From NCBI GenBank assembly GCA_946624575.1, contig CAMOSH010000025.1:1-29163 (forward strand): a stretch of 29,163 bases of DNA. Direction: 5' to 3'. The stretch is from an uncultured Verrucomicrobiota bacterium. Its GTDB lineage: Bacteria > Verrucomicrobiota > Kiritimatiellia > RFP12 > UBA3636. Of this stretch, positions 7,012 to 15,064 are shown piece by piece; within the stretch, counting starts at the first letter, position 1; each line of letters starts with the position of its first letter. The notes below the pieces were generated by a model that worked only from the letters and a program-made list of their open reading frames with translations, had not been told where the DNA came from and ran no database searches. Made by a program: the position numbers and the translations under genes.

Positions 7012-8397
7012 TTTTCCCACGCAGAACCGGGAAAACACGGAGTCGAGCAGGTCTTCGGAATAGGTCCGGCCCGTGATGCGGCCAAGCGCTTCCGCCGCGG
7101 CGCGAAGAAGCATGGCCGCGGGCACTGCGGCGTCGGCGCCGCCGTCGCTCCAGACGGCAGCTGCCTTGCGCAAATGCGCGAGCGCTTCGCGAAGAAGTGC
7201 CGCGTGCCTGGCGCCGACTGCGATGTCGCCGCCCGCGCCGCCGCGAGAGGCTGCGTCAATGCCAAGTTTTTCCCGCATCGCGGCGCGCAGCGCGGAAAGG
7301 CCGTCCGGGGTCGTGGCGCTGGCGGCGACGTCGAATCGACGCGTCGGCGACACGCCAGTCCGGTCGAGATCAGCCTTTGAGAGGACGCGCAGCACTCGCG
7401 CCGCGCCCGGCTCCGGTTGGGCGCCCGGCTCCGGTTGGGCGTCATTGGCGTCGGCCGGAACAAGTTCCAGCGCCAGATCTGCGCTTTCGATCAGCGCTCT
7501 GGCGCGCCGTATGCCTTCGCGCTCGATTGCGCCCCGGGCGTCGCGCAGTCCGGCCGTGTCCACCAGACGCACCGGGATTCCATCCAGAAGCAGCGTTTCC
7601 TCGATGCTGTCGCGCGTCGTGCCGGCTTCTTCGGAGACTATGGCGCGGTCCGATCCAAGCAGTGCGTTGAATAGCGTGGACTTGCCGGCGTTTGGCGGGC
7701 CGCAGAGCACCACCAGGGCGCCTTCTCGCAGAAGACGCCCTTCGCGGGCCGTCGCAAGCAGCGCCTCCAGACGTTCCGCGATTTCGGAAACCCTTTTTTG
7801 GAACTCTCGCGCGGCTGGCAGTTCCGACGCCTCGTCTTCGTCGAAATCGAGCGTTGCCTCCAAGTCTGCGCAGAGCGCGATCAGTTCGTCGTAGGCGGCG
7901 TCGACGCGCGTTCCGAGCGCTCCGGAGAGTTGTTCCGCCGCGATGCGTGCCGCGCGGTCGCCCTGCGCGGCGACCAAGTCCATGGTCGCCTCCGCGCGGT
8001 CGAGCGGCAGTTTGCCGTTGAGAAAGGCGCGGCGCGAGAATTCTCCCGGCCCAGCGGGTTCGGCTCCCAGTCGCAGCAGCGCGTCAAGTACGCGGCCCGG
8101 CGCTTCCCGACCGCCATGCACTTGAAGCTCCACGGTGTCTTCGCCTGTGAAGCTGCGCGGCGCCCGGAATGACAGGACGAGCGCCTGGTCGAGCGCGGCG
8201 CCGTCGGTTGGGTCTCGCAGCTGGAATAGCCGGAATTCGCCGCCTCGCATTTCCGAGGGGCGGATTTTCGGATTCCGGCAAAGAGCGTCCGCGAATTCGT
8301 GGGCGCGCGGTCCGGAAACGCGGACCACGGCGATGCCGGCCGCGCCGGGAGCGGTGCAGATCGCGGCGATGGTCGACGTGAAATGCCGGTTCGTCAT
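7009..8397 (-). CDS. mnmE: tRNA modification GTPase MnmE
   Basis: G-domain motifs [13 protein letters not shown] and SKADL are present, along with the C-terminal CVGK (the CxGK motif). The start was set at MTNRHF (ATG at 8397). The ORF in the track extends spuriously to 8766. Confidence 0.9.
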   Translation of the reverse strand: MTNRHFTSTIAAICTAPGAAGIAVVRVSGPRAHEFADALCRNPKIRPSEMRGGEFRLFQLRDPTDGAALDQALVLSFRAPRSFTGEDTVELQVHGGREAPGRVLDALLRLGAEPAGPGEFSRRAFLNGKLPLDRAEATMDLVAAQGDRAARIAAEQLSGALGTRVDAAYDELIALCADLEATLDFDEDEASELPAAREFQKRVSEIAERLEALLATAREGRLLREGALVVLCGPPNAGKSTLFNALLGSDRAIVSEEAGTTRDSIEETLLLDGIPVRLVDTAGLRDARGAIEREGIRRARALIESADLALELVPADANDAQPEPGAQPEPGAARVLRVLSKADLDRTGVSPTRRFDVAASATTPDGLSALRAAMREKLGIDAASRGGAGGDIAVGARHAALLREALAHLRKAAAVWSDGGADAAVPAAMLLRAAAEALGRITGRTYSEDLLDSVFSRFCVGK

Positions 8398-9911
8398 TTC
8401 GACGGCGCTTTTCGCCTGGCGGCCATCGCGCCTATGGTCACCGTTCCGGAAAACGCTCCGCGCAGCTCGATGCGCGCCTGTCTTGTCGTCGCTGGAATCG
8501 GATCGGTCGTGGCGCGCGCGAGGCGCCATCCTTCGGACGCGCGCAGTGCCCGGATCGACGTCGGCAGTGCCTCTTCGGCTATGCCGGTCGAAGTGGTTGA
8601 GAAGTTGCGCAGCAGCAGTTCCTTTTCCGTGCCGTCTTCGTTTTCCGCCACTATCACGAGCTGGAACGAGCCCTTGAAGTCTCCGGAAAAGCGAGCGCGG
8701 GCCAGCGCTTCGATCCTGGCGCCCGGAGCAGTTTCCAGCGATGGCGCGAAGAAGCGCGCCTCGCACGAGGAGTCTTGCGAGGAAATCGCCACGTGCCAGT
8801 CTTCGTCCGCCATGACGCTCTGGTGCCTGGCGTCGGCCAGGTCCGCGCCGTATGGTTCGCAGGAGAAGCGTCCGGTGCGCGATGGATTGAGCGGTGGCAG
8901 GAGATTGCCGTCAGCTCCGCCGGTTTCATCAAGAAGGATCGGCGTGGTGGAGCGCGGCGGAAAATGCGCGTCGTGCGTCTTCGTCGCGAAGTAGATTCCT
9001 GCGGCCGCCGCGACCGCAGCCGCCGCGGCGCCAAGCGCAAGCCTGTACCGGCCGCGCAGCCGTGCGTTGTCGCGCCGCAGTTCCGCCTCCACGGAAGCCA
9101 CGGTGGCTCCGCCTTCGACGCGCTGTCCGCTTGCCGCCGAGAAGTCCGGGGCTTCGCGCACCGCGTCAGGTTCCGATCCCACCGCCGCCGCGCGCAGCAG
9201 CGGCACGAGCTGGGGATCCAGTCCGTCGGCTTGCGCCACCGCCATCCGGAACGCGCTGAAGTCGAATGGCGCGCGGATGTGGAAAATCGCGCGCTCCACG
9301 TCGTCCCAGATGACGTACGAGGCTCTCGGATCTCCGTCGCGCGGCGATCCCGCCGATCCGACGTTTACGAGATAGCGCTTTCCTGGCTCAAGTGCGAAAT
9401 CCTGCGGTTCTGTCTTGTGGACGCGCCCGCTTTCGCCCACGACGAAAAGCGCCGCCTCGTGCGTGTGCCCGCAGAGGAGGAGTTGTTCAGGGGCGGCGGC
9501 GAACGACGCGGCGGCGTCCTCTTCCGAAAACACGTACGGGAACGCCGCCGGATCGGAAAGCCCTCCGTGCGCGGCGCGCCAGCCAGGCCCGCGCAGCACG
9601 ACGGGCAGTTTGGCAAACAGCGCGACGGCCGCGTCTCCGAGCCGTGCGCGCGTCCACTCGGCGCTTCTGCGAGCCCGGTCGTTGAAGACGTCGGCCGAGA
9701 GGCGTCCGCCTACGACGGCGTCGTGGTTCCCAAGTGCCATGACGTGGCTGTGCGACCACACGGAGCGCAGGCATTCGGCCGGTTGCGGCCCGTATCCCAC
9801 GGTGTCTCCAAGGCATACGATCCGGTTGACGCCGCGCACGGCACAGTCCGACAGTACCGTGTTCCAGGCAGGCAGGTTGCCGTGAATGTCAGACACGAAT
9901 GCCCAGCGCAT
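8394..9911 (-). CDS. Membrane-anchored calcineurin-like metallophosphoesterase (N-terminal MPP domain, one TM helix, ~240-aa C-terminal extracytoplasmic domain of unknown function)
   Basis: MPP motifs VSDIHGN, GDTVGYG, GNHD and GHTH are present. The hydrophobic segment is [19 protein letters not shown]. The start was set at MRWAFV (ATG at 9911). The stop overlaps the mnmE start (ATGA). Confidence 0.7.
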   Translation of the reverse strand: MRWAFVSDIHGNLPAWNTVLSDCAVRGVNRIVCLGDTVGYGPQPAECLRSVWSHSHVMALGNHDAVVGGRLSADVFNDRARRSAEWTRARLGDAAVALFAKLPVVLRGPGWRAAHGGLSDPAAFPYVFSEEDAAASFAAAPEQLLLCGHTHEAALFVVGESGRVHKTEPQDFALEPGKRYLVNVGSAGSPRDGDPRASYVIWDDVERAIFHIRAPFDFSAFRMAVAQADGLDPQLVPLLRAAAVGSEPDAVREAPDFSAASGQRVEGGATVASVEAELRRDNARLRGRYRLALGAAAAAVAAAAGIYFATKTHDAHFPPRSTTPILLDETGGADGNLLPPLNPSRTGRFSCEPYGADLADARHQSVMADEDWHVAISSQDSSCEARFFAPSLETAPGARIEALARARFSGDFKGSFQLVIVAENEDGTEKELLLRNFSTTSTGIAEEALPTSIRALRASEGWRLARATTDPIPATTRQARIELRGAFSGTVTIGAMAARRKAPSK

Positions 9912-9942
9912 TGTCGAGGAGTGTTTTGGTGGTGGATTAAGC

Positions 9943-10989
9943 TTAGAGACCGGGCACGAATTTGGCGACTTCTGGCCGAAGGCGCGCAAGTTCCTTTTCA
10001 AGCAGCCTCATGTCCGGCGTGGAGACGGGGGCGTTTGAGCCGGAGTTCGGATGCTGCGCCTCCCAGGCCTCCCACTTTTCGCGGATCGGATTGAAGGCCC
10101 GGCGCGCCTCGTTTTGCACCGGGCGCAGCGCCTGGGCGCGCTGAAGCAGTTGGCCGCGTTCGCGTATGCCGCCTGGAAGATCGTGCGTGTCTGACCAGCG
10201 GACACGCTCCATTATGGCGTTGACTTCTGTCTGGATTTCGTCGAATTTCGCCTTGGCGGCGCGGTATTCCGCTTCGTACGGATTCTGGCGTTCCGCGGCG
10301 GCGCGCGCTTCCGCGGCGGCGCGGAGCGTTTCGTAGCGTCCAAGCAGAGTGAAGTATTCCATTGCGGCGTCGCGTTGCGCCGGGTTCGTTTCTTCGTATG
10401 CGACGCCTTCGAACAGCACCAGGTCCGACGTGGCTACGAAAAATGCCGCGGGATGCCATTCGCCGTTGCGCAGCAGAAAGCATTCCGCGAACGTTTTTCC
10501 AGGTTGTGACGGCAGCGTTGAGCGACGCGTCCAGGCGACTGCGGATCCGGCCTGGATCGTTCCGCGTTTCGCCCCGGTGGAGTCGAATGTGTCGGTTTTC
10601 GCGGACGAGACGACACCCCAGTTCGGGGCGGGGGAGGGTGGAAGCTGCGGCTCTTCCGGTGTGACTGGCGCGGCTTTAGCGACTGGCGCGACCGGCGCGA
10701 CGGACGCGACTGGCGCGACTTTAGCGACCGGCGCGACTGGCGCGGCGGGCGTGACTGGCGCGACTTTAGCGACCGGCGCGACGGACGCGACGGGCGCGAC
10801 TGGTGAGACTGGCGCGGCGGGCGCGACGGGCGCGACTGGTGAGACTGGCGCGGCGGGCGTGATTCCGAATAATCCTGCCAGTCCACGGTATGCGTCTGGC
10901 GCGGATTCTCGCATCGCCGGCAGTCCGAACCAAATTGCGCCGCAGAGCGCGGCGGCAACGACGCACCACGAAATCCAGAATCGCTTCAT
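9943..10989 (-). CDS. Secreted or membrane-anchored hypothetical protein with a ~70-aa (A/S/K)PVAPV tripeptide-repeat linker and a C-terminal globular domain
   Basis: The N-terminus has a signal or anchor peptide ([25 protein letters not shown]), followed by [17 protein letters not shown]... repeats. The start overlaps the def stop (ATGA). Confidence 0.55.
   Translation of the reverse strand: MKRFWISWCVVAAALCGAIWFGLPAMRESAPDAYRGLAGLFGITPAAPVSPVAPVAPAAPVSPVAPVASVAPVAKVAPVTPAAPVAPVAKVAPVASVAPVAPVAKAAPVTPEEPQLPPSPAPNWGVVSSAKTDTFDSTGAKRGTIQAGSAVAWTRRSTLPSQPGKTFAECFLLRNGEWHPAAFFVATSDLVLFEGVAYEETNPAQRDAAMEYFTLLGRYETLRAAAEARAAAERQNPYEAEYRAAKAKFDEIQTEVNAIMERVRWSDTHDLPGGIRERGQLLQRAQALRPVQNEARRAFNPIREKWEAWEAQHPNSGSNAPVSTPDMRLLEKELARLRPEVAKFVPGL
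10655..10860. repeat. About 22 tandem 9-bp units (GCGACNGGC-like, with a 36-bp higher-order repeat) encoding the PVA repeats
   Basis: Read directly from the sequence. It lies within the CDS 9943..10989. Confidence 0.6.
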
Positions 10990-11561
10990 GTGGCGCTCCC
11001 TTCCCCGCCGCCATCCTTCTTCGCGCTTCCCGAGCCGCGGCGCTTGAGCTTGGCCAGCTTCCCCTTGAGGAGCAGTATCTGTGCCGGCGAAAGCTTGTCG
11101 GTGAACACTACTCCTTCAAGATGGTCCGTTTCGTGCTGGACGGCCCGCGCGAGCAGTCCGTGGACGCGCGCCTGGTAGTGCTTGCCGTTAGGCCCCATCC
11201 ATTCCACGGTCACCGTGCGCGCCCGCGTGACGTGCGCCGAAACCCCGGGAAACGAGAGGCATCCCTCGCTGCCGCGCTGCGACCCTTCGCGCTCCAGTAT
11301 CTTCGGGTTGAACATCACCATCGGCATCGCGACGCCTGCGTTCAGCGGCGCGTCGTTACCCTGCGCGTCCGGAGGCACGTCGATCACGCAGAGCGATTCG
11401 GTGCGCCCGATCTGCTCCGCCGCAAGGCCGACGCCGTCGGCGGCGTACATCGTGTCGAGCATGTCCTGCGCGAGGGCGAGCAGCTCGGGAGTCACTTCCA
11501 CCACGGGGCGCGCTTTTCGGCGCAGCGCCGGATCGCCGAATATGCGGATGCTTTCGCTCAT
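10986..11561 (-). CDS. def: Peptide deformylase
   Basis: The three PDF motifs are present: [18 protein letters not shown] and HETDHLEG. The start overlaps the parB stop (ATGA). Confidence 0.9.
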   Translation of the reverse strand: MSESIRIFGDPALRRKARPVVEVTPELLALAQDMLDTMYAADGVGLAAEQIGRTESLCVIDVPPDAQGNDAPLNAGVAMPMVMFNPKILEREGSQRGSEGCLSFPGVSAHVTRARTVTVEWMGPNGKHYQARVHGLLARAVQHETDHLEGVVFTDKLSPAQILLLKGKLAKLKRRGSGSAKKDGGGEGSAT

Positions 11562-12715
11562 GGTTCGTTCACGTCCACACCGAGAAGTTCAAGCAGACGC
11601 GTGAGGTCGTCGTTGTCGAAGAAGTCGATTTCAAGGTGGCCGCGGCCGTGACGGCCGTTGGCGTAGGTGGTGGACGGAAACAGCCGGACCGGCGTCGCGA
11701 AGCGCGTCCGGATCTTGTCCGTCAGGGTGCGGAGCCAGTCTTCCGGCACGTCCGGGCTGGGCGCAGGTTTCTTTGACGGCTCTTCCAGCTTGCGCGCCAC
11801 GCGGCGCTCCAGCGCACGCACCGACAGCCCTTCGCCGAGGCACTGGCGAGCCAGTTCGATGCGATCCGCCTCTCCTGGCATGGAAAGCAGCACCTTTGCG
11901 TGCCCCCCGCTCAGCAGCCCCTCTCCGACCATGCGGCGCACTTCGTCAGGAAGGTCCAGCAGCCGCATCGCGTTCGCGACCGAGGCGCGCGCCTTCCCGA
12001 CGCGTTCCGCGATCTCCGCCTGCGTCAGTTTGAAGTTGTCGACGAGAGTCTTGTAGCCTTCAGCCTCTTCAATGGGATTGAGGTCTTCTCGCTGGAGGTT
12101 TTCCACGAGCGCGAGTTCGGCGGCTTCGCGGTCGCCTGCGTCGGACGTCACGACGGGGACCGACGAAAGTCCCGCGAGGGATGCGGCGCGCAGGCGGCGC
12201 TCGCCGCCGATGAGTTCGTAAAAGCCGTCGTGTTTGCGGCACACGAGCGGTTGGATGATTCCGTGGGCGCGGATGGAGTCCGCCAGTTCCGCGAGCGAGT
12301 CCTCGTCGAACGCGCGCCTTGGCTGCCACGGGCTGGGGCGCACGAGCGAAATCGGCACGTCCAGCACGGCTCCGGCGCCGATGCGGGATGGCGTGGTCTG
12401 CGCGACCGGGGCGGCCGGCGTTGCGGGCGCTCCAGTCGCGGCTGGCCTAATCGTCGGGATTTCTGGGAACGGCGAGGTTTCCTCCGGCTTCGTTGCGGCC
12501 GCCGCCGCTGAAATGGCGCGGATCTCGACTGCCGGCGGCGCGGCCACGTTGCGGGTCGCTTCGCGCCCTATCAGCGCGTCCAGTCCGCGCCCGAGGCCGC
12601 CTGGACGCGCCGGTTTGCGGGCGCCGGAGGCGAGTTTCACGCGCGGTTGGTTCTTGCGGGACGTTTTTTCGGGTTTCTTGCTCATGTTGTTTTCTGACGG
12701 GCGTTGCGCGCCCAT
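11558..12715 (-). CDS. parB: Chromosome partitioning protein ParB/Spo0J, with an unusually long Ala/Pro/Thr-rich insert after the N-terminal GLGRGLDALI motif
   Basis: The protein has the N-terminal GLGRGLDALI motif, the ParB box GGERRLRAA, and the HTH LTQAEIAERVGKARASVANAMRLL. An alternative start is MSKKPEK at 12685. No parA is present in this window. Confidence 0.85.
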   Translation of the reverse strand: MGAQRPSENNMSKKPEKTSRKNQPRVKLASGARKPARPGGLGRGLDALIGREATRNVAAPPAVEIRAISAAAAATKPEETSPFPEIPTIRPAATGAPATPAAPVAQTTPSRIGAGAVLDVPISLVRPSPWQPRRAFDEDSLAELADSIRAHGIIQPLVCRKHDGFYELIGGERRLRAASLAGLSSVPVVTSDAGDREAAELALVENLQREDLNPIEEAEGYKTLVDNFKLTQAEIAERVGKARASVANAMRLLDLPDEVRRMVGEGLLSGGHAKVLLSMPGEADRIELARQCLGEGLSVRALERRVARKLEEPSKKPAPSPDVPEDWLRTLTDKIRTRFATPVRLFPSTTYANGRHGRGHLEIDFFDNDDLTRLLELLGVDVNEP

Positions 12716-12716
12716 T

Positions 12717-13967
12717 CTACCACTTGGACTGTGCCGAGGAAAGCGAAATTTCTCCGCGACCTGCGCCGCGGCCGTGAATCGCCACGCTCTGGGTCATCCC
12801 GAGCAGGGCAAGCGTCGAGATCGTGAACGTGCCGCCGTAGCTCACAAGCGGCAGTGGAATGCCGGTCACGGGCGTCACGCCGATCGTCATGCCGATGTTC
12901 ACGAACACGTGCACCGCCAGCATGGCGAGCACGCCGGTGCAGATCAGCCGCCCCGTTTCGTCGCGAGCCCGCAGTCCGGTGACCGCAATCCCGCCGAACA
13001 GTCCCGCATACAGCAGAAGCAGCGCCGCCGAGCCCGCGAATCCTGTTTCTTCGGCGATTACGGAGAAAATGAAGTCGGAGCTGGAGACCGACGCCGGAAG
13101 GTAGCCGAGGATGTTCTGGGTCCCCTTCATGTAGCCCTTGCCGCGTTCCCCGCCGCTTCCCACGGCTATTTCGCTTTGGCGACGGTTCCACCCCGCGCCA
13201 AGCGGGTCGCGTTCGGGATGTGCGAACACCAGCACCCTGTCCTTCCAGTGGCCGAACAGGAATCTGTCCGTCACCGCCTCCACCTTCGCGCGCTTTTCAG
13301 GCGGAAGCTTTTCCGGGAGGAGTATCGCGGCCGCGACTGCGCTGGCGGCAAGCGCCGCGGTCAGGCACAGCGCAAGAAAAGTCCGTTTTTCGACGCCAGA
13401 TACGAAGATCATCGCCGCCGCCGCCGCCACCACCGGCATTGCTGTGCCCAAGTCCGGTTCCGCCACGATCAGCGCGGCCGGGGCCGCGGCAAGCGCCAGA
13501 GCCGCCCAGAACCGCCCCCTCTCGCTAGGTATGTTGCTCCCGGCGAGCACGAACGCCAGCGTTGGCACCAGCACGACTTTTGCGGCTTCGGCTGGCTGGA
13601 AGAACCCGAACAGCCAGCGCCGCGCCCCCATGCCCTGCGTCTCGCCGAATCCGGGCAGCAGTACGAGCGACAGCAGCAGCAACGACACCGGATAGGCGAC
13701 CCACGACAGATCCGTCCATTTGCGGTAGTCGCGGCGCGCAAGCGCGATTCCGGCGAGCATCCCGAGCGGGATCCACCGCAGCAGCGTCTTTTTCCAGAGC
13801 AGCCTCACAGCGCCCGTGCGAATCGAACACGCGCTGCGCACGAAAAGGACCCCGACCACCAGAAGTGCCGCTGCGCACAGCAGCCCCGTCCAGTCCAGGC
13901 GCGGCGGGCGCCACCGCGCCGTGGCGCGCGGTTTCGCGTTCGCGTTGGCGAAGGGATCGAGCGCCAT
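12717..13967 (-). CDS. SEDS-family peptidoglycan glycosyltransferase (RodA/FtsW)
   Basis: A polytopic membrane protein carrying GSGGERGKGY and the C-terminal GIPLPLVSYGGT signature of the FtsW/RodA/SpoVE family. Confidence 0.85.
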   Translation of the reverse strand: MALDPFANANAKPRATARWRPPRLDWTGLLCAAALLVVGVLFVRSACSIRTGAVRLLWKKTLLRWIPLGMLAGIALARRDYRKWTDLSWVAYPVSLLLLSLVLLPGFGETQGMGARRWLFGFFQPAEAAKVVLVPTLAFVLAGSNIPSERGRFWAALALAAAPAALIVAEPDLGTAMPVVAAAAAMIFVSGVEKRTFLALCLTAALAASAVAAAILLPEKLPPEKRAKVEAVTDRFLFGHWKDRVLVFAHPERDPLGAGWNRRQSEIAVGSGGERGKGYMKGTQNILGYLPASVSSSDFIFSVIAEETGFAGSAALLLLYAGLFGGIAVTGLRARDETGRLICTGVLAMLAVHVFVNIGMTIGVTPVTGIPLPLVSYGGTFTISTLALLGMTQSVAIHGRGAGRGEISLSSAQSKW

Positions 13968-14034
13968 CGTCGTGTTCCGGGCGTGCGTGCCGGGGAATTG
14001 CGTGGAAGGGCGGAGAAGGGGGGGACCACGCCTT

Positions 14035-14550
14035 TCAGGCGAGTTTTTCCCGCAGCGCCTTGTCGGCGGCGATCACCTTTTCGCGCTGTGCAGCGCGACG
14101 GGCGCGGAGCCGTTCGCGCAGGGCTTCGTCCCCCAGGGCCAGGATTTCCGCCGCAAGCAGCGCGGCGTTCGCGGGGCCGGACGACGAGAGAGCCACCGTG
14201 GCCACCGGCACTCCGGACGGCATTTGCACCGTTGCCAGCAGAGCCTCAAGTCCGCCAAGGGCGCCGCCCGGCACGGGGATTCCGATCACGGGCAGCACCG
14301 TTCCGGCCGCCAGCACGCCGGCCAGATGAGCCGCGCCGCCAGCCGCGGCGAGAATTACGCGCAGTCCGCGCGCTTCGGCCGTGGCGGAGTATTCGTGCGC
14401 TTCTTCCGGGGTGCGGTGCGCGGAAATCACGCGCACTTCGTGCGGCACTCCGAGCGAGTCTAGTGTTTCGTGGGCCTTGGATACGAGCGGCCAGTCGGAA
14501 TCAGAGCCCATCACGAGCCCGACGAGTGGTTTTTCCATGTCTGAAGTCAA
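14035..14550 (-). CDS. purE: N5-carboxyaminoimidazole ribonucleotide mutase PurE
   Basis: The motifs GSDSDWP, SAHRTP and AAGGAAHL(P)G are present, and the ~170-aa length matches PurE. Confidence 0.85.
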   Translation of the reverse strand: MTSDMEKPLVGLVMGSDSDWPLVSKAHETLDSLGVPHEVRVISAHRTPEEAHEYSATAEARGLRVILAAAGGAAHLAGVLAAGTVLPVIGIPVPGGALGGLEALLATVQMPSGVPVATVALSSSGPANAALLAAEILALGDEALRERLRARRAAQREKVIAADKALREKLA

Positions 14551-14993
14551 GTGTGTTGTCTTGTTGTCGATTTTCTAGCGGAAGCCGATGTTCTCGCGGC
14601 CGTCTGTCGCGGCTCCGGGGGCTCGAACGGGGCCAGAAACGCCTCTTCGAACGAAAAGACGCCGTCGAAGTCGGCCTTGCTTTCGCCGCCGCGCTTTCCG
14701 AATACTCCGGCCTGTACCAGTTCCATGACCATCTCGCCGAAGTCTGACGTCTCGTAGACCCCCCATTGCGTCAGCACGAGCAGCGCGAGCGGACCGAACT
14801 GGTCGAGTGCGTAGTCGCGCAACCCCTCGCAGAGCTCCTTCCCGGAAACGTGCCGGTTCTTTGCGCCGTCCCTCCCGAGCGCCCGGACGGTGCGGTCGAG
14901 CCCCTCGCGCAGAAACCAGTACGCTTCGGGGTCGTAGTCGCCGTTCGCGTCGCAAATGCGCATTACGGTGTCTTCGAATGATTGGTCGTTCAT
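14547..14993 (-). CDS. Conserved hypothetical protein (148 aa). It possibly belongs to the PVC-restricted family annotated as 'Minf_1886 family'.
   Basis: The ORF is compact, with a start at MNDQSF (ATG at 14993) and a stop that overlaps the purE start. The ORF in the track extends spuriously to 15728. The family assignment is from memory only. Confidence 0.45.
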   Translation of the reverse strand: MNDQSFEDTVMRICDANGDYDPEAYWFLREGLDRTVRALGRDGAKNRHVSGKELCEGLRDYALDQFGPLALLVLTQWGVYETSDFGEMVMELVQAGVFGKRGGESKADFDGVFSFEEAFLAPFEPPEPRQTAARTSASARKSTTRQHT

Positions 14994-15064
14994 CGGGGCG
15001 GATTCTACCACCACAGCCCTTTTTGCCGCAACCCCGCGTCTCGTGGAGGGCGGGGTTGGCGCTT

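Noticed and set aside
12234-14747. 837-aa ORF on the plus strand spanning the rodA and purE loci
   Set aside because: It is entirely antisense to the SEDS and purE genes, which have clear signatures, and it is Arg/Pro-rich and low in complexity.
15025-15055. Hairpin CAACCCCGC-N12-GCGGGGTTG as the glgB terminator
   Set aside because: The T-run is on the wrong side for the minus-strand transcript. It may just be a stem-loop in a 70-bp intergenic spacer, so it was not reported as a feature.
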